A DNA stretch of 64,000 nucleotides from Spirochaetota bacterium (GTDB taxonomy: Bacteria; Spirochaetota; UBA4802; UBA5550): contig JBGTBN010000010.1 of the NCBI GenBank assembly GCA_041749375.1, forward strand, positions 9,828 to 73,827. Reading direction: 5' to 3'. Positions 56,312 through 64,000 of the stretch are shown here, one piece after another. The translations under genes and the position numbers were made by a program. The first letter of the stretch is position 1; each line of letters opens with the position of its first letter. The notes beneath the pieces are model-generated. The model was given only the letters and a program-made list of their open reading frames with translations, was not told the DNA's origin and made no database searches.

Positions 56312-56994
56312 GAGGGCCGGTATCGGGTTGGATCGGATATGCCAGCCTCGAGGAAGCCTTTTTTCCTGATCTGGCAGCTGTCGCAGGAGCCACAGGCGAG
56401 CCCGTCCGGGCCCGGGTCGTAACAGCTGTGGGTGAGGGAAAAGTCGACGCCGAGCGACGCCCCTTTTTTGATGATATCCGCCTTGCTCATGCCGATGACG
56501 GGCGTTACTATTGTGAATGGATCCCCGGCAACGCCGGACCTGGTTCCCCGGTTCGCCATCTCCTGGAACGCCTGGAAAAACTCCGGCCTGCAATCGGGAT
56601 ACCCGCTGTAGTCGACTGCGGTCGCCCCTATGAAAATGTGGCGCGCACCGGCTGACTCCGCGAAGGCGAGTGCATAGGAAAGGAACAGGATGTTCCGGGC
56701 GGGCACGTAGGTGTCCGGGATGCCGCTGGCGCGCGTGTCCCGGTTTTTCGGCACGGACCGCTCCGCGTCGGTGAGGGCCGAGTGGAATATCCCGGTCGGG
56801 ATCTCGATGACAAGCGGGGGGGGGATGCGGAGTGAGCGGGCGAACCGCCCGGCCGCGATCACTTCGACCGCGTGCTTCTGGCCATAGGAAAAGGTGAGGG
56901 CGGTGAGGGTAAAGCCTGATTCGGAGGCTATCGCGGCCGTTGTGGCGGAGTCGATACCGCCGCTTAAAAGGACGATTGCTTTTTTATCGTGCAT
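56308..56994 (-). CDS. queC: 7-cyano-7-deazaguanine synthase
   Basis: 228 aa. Contains KKAIVLLSGGIDSATTAA...YGQKH and the C-terminal Zn site CGSCDSC. Confidence 0.9.
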   Translation of the reverse strand: MHDKKAIVLLSGGIDSATTAAIASESGFTLTALTFSYGQKHAVEVIAAGRFARSLRIPPPLVIEIPTGIFHSALTDAERSVPKNRDTRASGIPDTYVPARNILFLSYALAFAESAGARHIFIGATAVDYSGYPDCRPEFFQAFQEMANRGTRSGVAGDPFTIVTPVIGMSKADIIKKGASLGVDFSLTHSCYDPGPDGLACGSCDSCQIRKKGFLEAGISDPTRYRPS

Positions 56995-57088
56995 GGTGTT
57001 TCCCTGTTGTTATGGTTGAATGGGGGATGAGCATCCCCGCCTGCATGTTTCATTAATTATACTACGAACGGGACAGGCGGGCGATGAA

Positions 57089-57751
57089 TTATTTTTTCCG
57101 CGGTGACGGCTTTTTGATAAATTTTTTTATCAGCTTGACCTGGTTCCCTTTCTTGTTATAGCGGACTGCATCGAATATGTTCTTCGCCATCGAGATGCCC
57201 CTCCCGTGGGCAAGCATGTGCCGGTTAGCGTCCCGGGAGTTGTCCCCCATCACCTTTTTGTGGTCAAACCCGTCTCCCTCATCGGTAATCACGTATACAA
57301 TGCGTTCTTCCTCGACCGAATAGGAGACCGTGACCCTGCGGTCGCGGTAGCACGGCTCGCATCGCTTGCGGGCAACGAAATCGAAATAGGAATCATCAAG
57401 CATGGCTTTTGATTTTTCGCGGAAGGAGATGCCCAGGTTGCCGTGCTCTATCGCGTTGATTATCATTTCCCTGAGGGCGATGCGGACAAGCTTTGCCTGC
57501 TTCTGGTCTACGAGGCGCTTGAGGTTCCTGGTGACGAGCTGGGTCACGTCTTCTGCCGCGGCCAGGAGGTTCTCGATAGCGTACACGTGGTTACGTTTGT
57601 CAAGACACGTGATGTCCGTTCCGCCTGTCGCGCCCCGGCATTCCTCTGTTATCCTGTCCGATCGTGGCATTACGGCTGCACCTGCGGTCAATTCGTTCTC
57701 AACGGTTTCCGGACCGGTGATCAGCCGGCGCAAGAGCAGGCTCACGCTCAT
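57089..57751 (-). CDS. RsbW/SpoIIAB-type anti-sigma serine kinase-like ATPase
   Basis: 220 aa. N-box REMIINAIEHGN and G-box ITDEGDGFD...GRGISM. ATGA overlap with the upstream STAS gene. Confidence 0.75.
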   Translation of the reverse strand: MSVSLLLRRLITGPETVENELTAGAAVMPRSDRITEECRGATGGTDITCLDKRNHVYAIENLLAAAEDVTQLVTRNLKRLVDQKQAKLVRIALREMIINAIEHGNLGISFREKSKAMLDDSYFDFVARKRCEPCYRDRRVTVSYSVEEERIVYVITDEGDGFDHKKVMGDNSRDANRHMLAHGRGISMAKNIFDAVRYNKKGNQVKLIKKFIKKPSPRKK

Positions 57752-58047
57752 TCTATGTTAAACAACTTCCTGATATGAAGCATGTCGAAAACTTTCATCA
57801 CGAAGGGGGAGATGTTGACCAGGGAGAGCTCCTTCCCGATTGATTTGAGCGTGGTCTGGAGCTCGACGAATAACGCAATGGTTGACGAATCGCAGGAGCT
57901 GACGTGCTCGAGGTTCAGCACCAGGTCCTTCCCGTGCTCGCGCACCGCCTCCTCCAGCCTGTGGAATATGACCTGGGAGTTATGAACGTTCAGGATCTTC
58001 TCCTGCACGGTGGCAATTATCGAATCATCGATCTCAATCGAAAGCAT
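57748..58047 (-). CDS. STAS-domain protein, partner of the downstream kinase
   Basis: Start at the internal ATG (MLSIEIDD...). Contains LVLNLEHVSSCDSSTIALFVEL... Confidence 0.7.
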   Translation of the reverse strand: MLSIEIDDSIIATVQEKILNVHNSQVIFHRLEEAVREHGKDLVLNLEHVSSCDSSTIALFVELQTTLKSIGKELSLVNISPFVMKVFDMLHIRKLFNIE

Positions 58048-58193
58048 GAAATGCCCCTTCTTCAGAAGAAGGCTGGCAGACCGATTGTCGGAAATCAACT
58101 CATTTTTCGAGAGAGATGCTAAAAAGTGCTCACGGAGACTATTTTTTTATTGAAAAATAGCGGAAGTGAAATTATTACGGAGTAGACGGAACG

Positions 58194-58249
58194 GTCGCGG
58201 GCGCCCTGCCGGATGGCATTTGTGCAACAGGCTTCGTGACAGGGAGGAG
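58194..58249 (+). promoter_or_regulatory. GC-rich structured leader ending at the folE Shine-Dalgarno sequence (candidate riboswitch)
   Basis: GTCGCG (58194-58199) can pair with CGTGAC (58235-58240). Inner pairings GCC/GGC and UG/CA are possible. The 3' strand abuts AGGGAGGAG (58241-58249), and TTG lies at 58255. Confidence 0.3.
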
Positions 58250-58254
58250 CTGGC

Positions 58255-58809
58255 TTGAACAAGGAAAAGATAAAAAAAGCCGTAGTAGATATTCTGGAAG
58301 CGATCGGAGAGGACCCCGCCCGCCCCGGGCTGAAAGAAACGCCCGATCGGGTGGCCCGCATGTTTGAGGACATCTTCGGGGGCGAGAAGAAGGACCCCGC
58401 CGAAATACTGGGACGCACCCATGAGCTCGAGCACGATGAGATGGTCATCGTCAAGGACATCCATTTCTATACCATGTGCGAGCACCACCTTCTGCCCTTT
58501 TTCGGCATATGCCATATAGCCTATATACCGGAAAACAAGCGGATAGTCGGCATCAGCAAGCTGGCCCGGATCGTCGATGTGTTCAGCAGGCGGCTCCAGA
58601 TCCAGGAGCACCTGACCACCGAGATAGCCGATGCTATCATGACCCATATAAAGCCCAAGGGGGTCGCGGTAGTCATCAAGGCGCGGCACATGTGCATGGA
58701 GATGCGGGGGGTGCGTAAGCCCGGGGCCAGCACAATAACCTCGGTGGTGCGGGGAGTGTTCAGGAGCGATATCCGGACCCGCGAGGAATTTCTGAAGCTT
58801 ATAGAATGA
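58255..58809 (+). CDS. folE: GTP cyclohydrolase I
   Basis: 184 aa with a TTG start. Contains [20 protein letters not shown]...[12 protein letters not shown]...ISKLARIVD...RLQIQEHLT, canonical FolE. Confidence 0.92.
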   Translation: MNKEKIKKAVVDILEAIGEDPARPGLKETPDRVARMFEDIFGGEKKDPAEILGRTHELEHDEMVIVKDIHFYTMCEHHLLPFFGICHIAYIPENKRIVGISKLARIVDVFSRRLQIQEHLTTEIADAIMTHIKPKGVAVVIKARHMCMEMRGVRKPGASTITSVVRGVFRSDIRTREEFLKLIE

Positions 58810-58916
58810 ATTAATCTTGACAGAAGCATACGGGACATAATTATCTTTATATATGGCAAAAATACGGACCGCGGCATCAGGCTCGACGGGCCGGCCACCA
58901 TACGAAACGCGCGCCA

Positions 58917-59531
58917 ATGAAAACCAGAATCGCGGTGCTCATATCCGGGTCGGGGACCAATCTCCAATCCATAATCGACAGGTCAGAGTCGGGCGATCTG
59001 CCGGCCCGGGTCGTCTGCGTCATATCGGACAAGGAGAAGGCCTTCGGGCTTGACCGGGCGCGGAAACACGGCATCCCGGCATTTTTCGTAAGCCCGAAGG
59101 ATTTTGCGAAGCGAGAGGAACACGAGGACGCCATCATCAGGCTGCTGGACGACCACGGGGTCGAGCTGGTCGTTCTGGCCGGGTACATGCGGCTCCTCAC
59201 GAGGAACATGCTGGGACGCTACCGCACCCGGATCATCAATATTCACCCGGCGCTGCTGCCCAGCTTTCCGGGTACCGACGGATACGGCGACGCGTGGCGG
59301 TACGGCGTGAAAGTGAGCGGCTGTACCGTGCATTTCGTTGATGAGGGCTGCGATACAGGACCGATTATACTGCAGGGTGTCAACCCTGTTAAGGAAGACG
59401 ATACATTCGAGAGCTTCAGGGAGCGTGGACTGAAGCTCGAGCACAGGGTACTCCCGGAGGCTATCAGACTTTATTGTGAAGGGAGACTCAGGATAGAGGG
59501 CAGAAAAGTACGAATTCTAGAAAAGGAGTAA
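58917..59531 (+). CDS. purN: Phosphoribosylglycinamide formyltransferase
   Basis: 204 aa. Contains IAVLISGSGTNLQSII...LAGYMRLL...IINIHPALLPSFPG...GCTVHFVDEGCDTGPII. Confidence 0.92.
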   Translation: MKTRIAVLISGSGTNLQSIIDRSESGDLPARVVCVISDKEKAFGLDRARKHGIPAFFVSPKDFAKREEHEDAIIRLLDDHGVELVVLAGYMRLLTRNMLGRYRTRIINIHPALLPSFPGTDGYGDAWRYGVKVSGCTVHFVDEGCDTGPIILQGVNPVKEDDTFESFRERGLKLEHRVLPEAIRLYCEGRLRIEGRKVRILEKE

Positions 59532-59534
59532 ACT

Positions 59535-60254
59535 ATGGAAAAAGGTTTTGAAGCGTTAGCGCAAATGGTATATCCCGGTCGTATCATCATCATTGGAAGC
59601 AGTCCTGCAGGGGACGATATCGTCCTGTATGCGGTAACGGGACGGAGCTCCTCGAGCCAGGCCCGGCGTTTTGAGAAGGAGAAGAGGAACGTGTTCGTCA
59701 AACCTTCGGACGAAAAGGCCGTCCAGGGCGGTAACCCCGATCTGCTTATTTACCCCGCGATCATGGTGGGGCGTTTTAAATGGATCGCCGTGAGCAACGG
59801 CAAGCAGACGCCGGACATTGTCGCCCAGTTCAAGAAGGGCGTTACACCGATTGCCGCGATGGGCAACGCGCTCCGGGCCTGGGATTTCGAGCCCGATGCG
59901 CCGAACCACACCCCGCGCATTAACGGCTGTCTCTGTGAAAGCGCGGCGCTTTCCATCGTGAAGCGCGCGAAGGACGGGACCGTCCTGCGCGTATACTTTG
60001 AAGTACCGAAGGCGGCCGGCAAGGGTAAACTGATCGCTACCTATTCGGGTGTTAACACGGACCCGCTCCCCGTTTTCCAGGGCGAGCCGGTCGATGTCGA
60101 GCTTCCGTTCACCTCTCCCCGCGAGGCTGCGAGCGCGCTGTATAAGGCCCTCGCTCCCGAAAAAGGGAAAGACGATTACCGCGTCGCGACCGCCGCGGTT
60201 TTCCGGAGCGCGGAAGGCAAGATCAAGTTCGCGATCAAGAACAGGAACAAGTAA
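59535..60254 (+). CDS. purO: PurO-like (archaeal-type) IMP cyclohydrolase family protein
   Basis: 239 aa. The N-terminus YPGRIIIIGSSPAGDDIVLYAVTGRSSSSQARRF and ...EPDAPNHTPRI match my recollection of the IMP_cyclohyd family. It sits between purN and the AICARFT gene. Confidence 0.6.
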   Translation: MEKGFEALAQMVYPGRIIIIGSSPAGDDIVLYAVTGRSSSSQARRFEKEKRNVFVKPSDEKAVQGGNPDLLIYPAIMVGRFKWIAVSNGKQTPDIVAQFKKGVTPIAAMGNALRAWDFEPDAPNHTPRINGCLCESAALSIVKRAKDGTVLRVYFEVPKAAGKGKLIATYSGVNTDPLPVFQGEPVDVELPFTSPREAASALYKALAPEKGKDDYRVATAAVFRSAEGKIKFAIKNRNK

Positions 60255-60329
60255 GAGAGCATACCAGAGATTACGTGCACCGGGCGCGCCGTGCGGCGCG
60301 CCCGTCCATTTTTAACCAGGAGATGTTTC

Positions 60330-61484
60330 ATGGCTACTGACGTATCATCATTCAAAGACGCGTACAAGAAAGCGATACAGAGCGATTTCCCCGCGGAGGC
60401 GAAGCTCGTTATCGGCGACACGACAATTCCCCTGAAGAAGGTCCCGTTCCAGCTCAGGTACGGCACCAACCCGCACCAGCCGTTCATCGCGTACGCGCCG
60501 GTCGACGGGAAGAACTGCTCGGTCGGGAACCTCGACATCCTCAAGGGCGGCAAGGAGGGGCTCTCGCTCACCAACCTCCAGGACATGAGCCAGGCGATCA
60601 ACATACTGAAGTTTTTCCGGAAGCCGTCCTGCACGATCATGAAGCATGTCAACCCCTGCGGCTTCAAGGTCGAGACTGCCGGCGAGTCGCTGGCCGATAT
60701 ATACCGTATCGCTCGCGCCTGCGACGAGCGGAGCGCCTTCGGGTCGATCATCGGGTTCAATACCACGGTCGACGCGCAGGCCGCGGAAGCGGTCATGGAG
60801 AGTTTCGTCGAGGGGGTCATCGCACCGGGGTATGAGCCCGCAGCGCTCGAAATACTGAAGCGAAACGAGGGAACGAAAAAGCTCAATAACGCGATCAGGG
60901 TTGCCAGGGCCGCGAACATGGACCGCGTTCCGAAATTCATCGGTGACGATGTCAGCGGGTATTACAACCTGCGCAACCTGGTGGACGGTTCGCTCACCGT
61001 GGAGGTTCCCTACCTGACCAGGATCAGGTCAGCAGCGGACTTCGTGGTGGACCCGATGATCTCCAATGCTGATCCCGCCAGGAACGGGGGCGCGGACTAC
61101 GTGGTGCGTCGCAAGCCAACGGACAAGGAGCTCGAGGACTGCCTGGTCGCCTGGTACCTCAATATCAACGTGCGTTCCAACGGGATCGTGTTCGTGAAGG
61201 ACGGCGCAGCCATCTCGGTCGGCACCGGCGAGCAGGAGCGGATCGGGGCGGTCGAGCAGGCCATCGACAAGGCGCTCAAAAAGGGCCACAGCCTTAAGGG
61301 GGCGGTCATGTCGTCCGATGCCTTCTTCCCGCAGCGGGACAGCATCGACACGGTCGCGCGCGAGGGGGTAACGGCCGTGGTCTGGCCGGCAGGCTCCATG
61401 AACGACGCACTGGTGATCGAGGCCGCGAACGAGCACAATATAGCGCTCATGGCCACCCTCGAGCGGTGTTTCCTGCATATTTAA
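60330..61484 (+). CDS. purH: AICAR formyltransferase domain protein (PurH lacking the MGS-like IMP cyclohydrolase domain)
   Basis: ATG at 60330 follows CAGGAG. Contains QLRYGTNPHQ, IMKHVNPCG, SAFGSIIGFN, EGVIAPGY and AVMSSDAFFP. It lacks the N-terminal domain of about 200 aa found in bifunctional PurH. Confidence 0.8.
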   Translation: MATDVSSFKDAYKKAIQSDFPAEAKLVIGDTTIPLKKVPFQLRYGTNPHQPFIAYAPVDGKNCSVGNLDILKGGKEGLSLTNLQDMSQAINILKFFRKPSCTIMKHVNPCGFKVETAGESLADIYRIARACDERSAFGSIIGFNTTVDAQAAEAVMESFVEGVIAPGYEPAALEILKRNEGTKKLNNAIRVARAANMDRVPKFIGDDVSGYYNLRNLVDGSLTVEVPYLTRIRSAADFVVDPMISNADPARNGGADYVVRRKPTDKELEDCLVAWYLNINVRSNGIVFVKDGAAISVGTGEQERIGAVEQAIDKALKKGHSLKGAVMSSDAFFPQRDSIDTVAREGVTAVVWPAGSMNDALVIEAANEHNIALMATLERCFLHI

Positions 61485-61520
61485 TTTATAATGAATAATT
61501 GATAACGAATAATTAACGTA

Positions 61521-61553
61521 AATTGTAACCGCTCCACTGGAGCGGTTACAATT
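61521..61553 (+). terminator. Perfect 15-bp hairpin after the pur operon (possibly a bidirectional terminator)
   Basis: AATTGTAACCGCTCCactGGAGCGGTTACAATT, flanked by AT-rich imperfect inverted repeats (AATGAATAATTGATAA / TTATCAATAATTATTCATT). Confidence 0.75.
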
Positions 61554-61695
61554 ATCAATAATTATTCATTGTTCACTGTTAATTATTAATTTTTCTCTGC
61601 GTTCTCTGCGTTGATATTTATTAACAAAATCACTTGATTTCATCCCTTCCCCGTGGCATAATAGACCCGGTCTTCTAATCACGCGGAGCGCGGAG

Positions 61696-64000
61696 ATGGC
61701 AAATAATCGCATACTGATAGCCGAAGACGAGATCATATCCGGCAAGTACATACGGGACGCGTTGATCGTGCGGGGGTATGACGTACCGTACGTCGTGACT
61801 TCGGCCGACGAATTGATGTTGGCGGTCGAGCGCTTCCATCCGGACATCATTCTCATGGATATCCTGCTTGAAGGCACAGGCGACGGTATCGATGCGGCCG
61901 GAAAAGTGGCAGTGCGGCACGACATTCCCGTCATATACCTGACCGGTCACACGGACCGCGATATCCTCGACAGGGCAAAGGCGACCGGTCCGTACGGTTT
62001 TCTGGTGAAACCGGTGAATATCAACGAGCTTGTCATTACCGTTGAGTTCGCGCTCTACCGGCACGGCATGGGAAAAATGCTGAAGCAGAGTGAACAGCGG
62101 TACCGTGCCATAGTCGAGAGCGCCCCGGTCATGATCTGCAGGTTGCATCCGGAAACTGTCGCCATCACCTTCGTGAATGGCGAATTCTGCCGCTACTTTG
62201 ATTTACAGCGTGAAGATGTCATCGGCAAATCCCTCGACGAGCTCCTTACGGATGTCGACCTGTCTGAGGCGAAAAAGATGTACACGACACTGAGCGCAGT
62301 AAACCCTGTGATTAACCTCGAGCTTCGAATACGGATCCATTCGGAGGAGCGGTGGCAGCGGTGGATCGGGCAGGGCCTGTTCGACGAGATGGGAATCATC
62401 TCTGAAATACAGGCGATTGGCGAGGACATCACCGGCAGGAAGAAGTCGGAAGAGGCGCTTCGCGTTTCCGAGGAGAAATTCTACAAGACGTTCCATTCCA
62501 GCCCGAGCGGCATGCTCATAACGAAGATGGACGACGACAGTATCATCGACATGAACGAGAATCTGCTCTTCATGAGCGGGTTTACGCGCGAGGAAATCCT
62601 GAAAATGTCTGGAAACATTTTCACCAGTTTCATCGATGGGGAGGTCTTGGAATCAATGAGATCGTCCCTGCAAAGCGGCGGCTCGGTCCGGGACCGCGAG
62701 TTCCGGTTTACCGCAAAATCAGGAGAGATTCGGAACATCATGGTCTCTGTGGAGGTACTGGACCTCGGCGGCGAGAAACACCTGCTGTCTGTTTTGAATG
62801 ACGTCACGGAGATCAAGAAGATAGAAGTAGCGCTGCGTGACAGCGAGGAGAAGTTCCATCTCCTGTTCGAGCAGTCGGCTGATGCCCAGCTTCTGGTGGA
62901 AAACGGGTATATTATCGATTGCAACATGGCGGCCGTGCATCTGTACGGGGCCAGGAACAAGCCGGAGATGCTGGGGCAGGGAATATATGAGCTTTCCCCG
63001 GAATTCCTTCCCGAGGGGACCCATGCCCCGTCCAGAATGGATGAGATCGTTTCGCTGGTGTACGAGATGGACAGTCTCAGCCTTGAGTGGGTTGCGCTTC
63101 GGCTTGACGGAAGGCAGGTGCCCGTCGATATAACCCTCACCGCCATCCCGATCGCCGGGAAGCCGATGATACACGCAGTCCTCAAAGATATCACCCTGCG
63201 CAAGATGGCCCAGAGCGCGCTGGGCAGGAGCGAGGAGAAGTATCGCGTCCTGGTCCAGGCAATGAACGACGGACTGGTGCAGGGGGACGAGCGGGGGGGC
63301 GTCGTGTTCGTGAACGACCAGTTCTGCCTGATGGTGGGCCGTCCGGAAGAAGAGATAATCGGAAGGCCCATGATGGATTTTATTCATGAGGCCGACCGGC
63401 CGGGATTCGAGAATTTTCTCAACGGGAAGATAAGCGCGCGTCCGGGCGCGTTCGAGATAGCGCTGCAGCTCCCGGATGGTATCAAGACCGGCATGGTCAT
63501 TTCGCCGCGGTCCCTCACGGATGACCGGGACCGGGTCACGGGCTTCGTAGCCGTATTCACGGATATTTCCGAGCGCAAGTACCTGGAGCGGCAGATCCTG
63601 GAGATAAGCATGAGGGAACAGCAGCGCATCGGGCGCGACCTGCATGACGACCTGGGCCAGATCCTTGCCGGGACCGGGTTTCTGTGTGAGTCCCTGGTCA
63701 AGAAGCTGGCCGCGCGGGACGTCCCCGAGGCGGAGGACGCCCGCGGCATTACCGCGCTGATCAACGAAGCGAAGGAGCATACGCGGCTTCTCTCGCGTGG
63801 GCTGTCTCCCGTCGAGGTTGACTCGGGCGGAATCATAGCCGCGCTCGACCGGCTCACCAGGACCATGGAAAACGTGTACTCGGTCTCCTGCAAGATGAAG
63901 TACGATCCATCGATTACCATCAATGACAGCATGGTGGAGACGCAGTTTCATTACATTGTACAGGAATCCATTACAAACGCGATACGCCATGGAAGCGCAA
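61696..64000 (+). CDS. Hybrid sensor: receiver, about four PAS domains, HisKA_3-type histidine kinase (3' end beyond window)
   Basis: My translation from ATG 61696 reads MANNRILIAEDEIISGKY...DIILMDILL (REC). Repeated PAS modules follow, separated by EEKF/EEKY linkers. Then comes ERQILEISMREQQRIGRDLHDDLGQ (H-box of the NarX/DegS type) and QESITNAIRHG (N-box). There is no stop before 64000, so the ORF is absent from the ORF track. Confidence 0.85.
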   Translation, partial: MANNRILIAEDEIISGKYIRDALIVRGYDVPYVVTSADELMLAVERFHPDIILMDILLEGTGDGIDAAGKVAVRHDIPVIYLTGHTDRDILDRAKATGPYGFLVKPVNINELVITVEFALYRHGMGKMLKQSEQRYRAIVESAPVMICRLHPETVAITFVNGEFCRYFDLQREDVIGKSLDELLTDVDLSEAKKMYTTLSAVNPVINLELRIRIHSEERWQRWIGQGLFDEMGIISEIQAIGEDITGRKKSEEALRVSEEKFYKTFHSSPSGMLITKMDDDSIIDMNENLLFMSGFTREEILKMSGNIFTSFIDGEVLESMRSSLQSGGSVRDREFRFTAKSGEIRNIMVSVEVLDLGGEKHLLSVLNDVTEIKKIEVALRDSEEKFHLLFEQSADAQLLVENGYIIDCNMAAVHLYGARNKPEMLGQGIYELSPEFLPEGTHAPSRMDEIVSLVYEMDSLSLEWVALRLDGRQVPVDITLTAIPIAGKPMIHAVLKDITLRKMAQSALGRSEEKYRVLVQAMNDGLVQGDERGGVVFVNDQFCLMVGRPEEEIIGRPMMDFIHEADRPGFENFLNGKISARPGAFEIALQLPDGIKTGMVISPRSLTDDRDRVTGFVAVFTDISERKYLERQILEISMREQQRIGRDLHDDLGQILAGTGFLCESLVKKLAARDVPEAEDARGITALINEAKEHTRLLSRGLSPVEVDSGGIIAALDRLTRTMENVYSVSCKMKYDPSITINDSMVETQFHYIVQESITNAIRHGSA

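Noticed and set aside
58141-58254. A ZTP (pfl-motif) riboswitch upstream of the folE-pur operon, prompted by GACGGAAC and a ...GGATGGCA segment.
   Set aside because: The spacing is far too short for the two ZTP subdomains, and the conserved CCGCCTGGGCA 3' element is not present. I kept only the generic structured-leader observation.
1-64000. A search for CRISPR arrays, tRNA/rRNA genes, IS transposases, integrases, restriction-modification genes and toxin-antitoxin pairs.
   Set aside because: I saw no regularly spaced repeats, no tRNA T-arm-like GGTTCGAATCC contexts outside coding DNA, and no ORF with transposase, integrase or known defence-gene motifs. The scan was by eye, so small RNAs could have been missed.

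Overview
This is a 64-kb chromosomal segment from a diderm, chemotactic, probably anaerobic or microaerophilic environmental bacterium. I cannot assign a taxon from the sequence alone. I support about 60 protein-coding genes and found no rRNA, tRNA, CRISPR array, transposase or integrase.

Gene content, in order:
- Start of window: a partial EF-G gene.
- Redox genes: two nitroreductases, one in a TetR-controlled operon.
- Radical SAM genes: ygiQ and an orphan AmmeMemoRadiSam enzyme.
- An ABC-F ATPase.
- An operon of ADP-forming acyl-CoA synthetase, pabB-like and pabC-like genes.
- hrpB and a periplasmic 5'-nucleotidase.
- A membrane-stress block of TerC, DedA and an LEA_2 lipoprotein.
- Rubrerythrin, and a split LtaS-like sulfatase.
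- nrnA and glyQ.
- A chemosensory block: two MCPs, a GHKL-HDOD fusion and a CheY-like receiver.
- hisF, a ceramidase-like lipoprotein and two polyprenyl synthases.
- A Qrc-like cytochrome c / MopB / FeS / NrfD complex.
- Four STAS proteins and an RsbW-like kinase.
- queC, and a folE-purN-purO-like-AICARFT operon.
- End of window: a partial REC-PAS-HisKA_3 kinase.

The most unusual signals are at the DNA level:
1. The exact 10-mer GATAGTTATC occurs 10 times, all between 1.4 and 20.9 kb. Seven copies extend to GATAGTTATCGC. Nine of the ten are on the same strand. Copies lie both in promoter regions and inside ORFs, in different reading frames.
2. Three of those copies form an iteron-like array in the structured leader of the ABC-F gene.
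3. An AT-rich island runs from about 10.7 to 18.7 kb, and its right boundary falls inside hrpB.

All functional calls rest on my reading of the translated ORFs and known family motifs. No database search was possible. Start codons were chosen by Shine-Dalgarno context and are approximate where noted.
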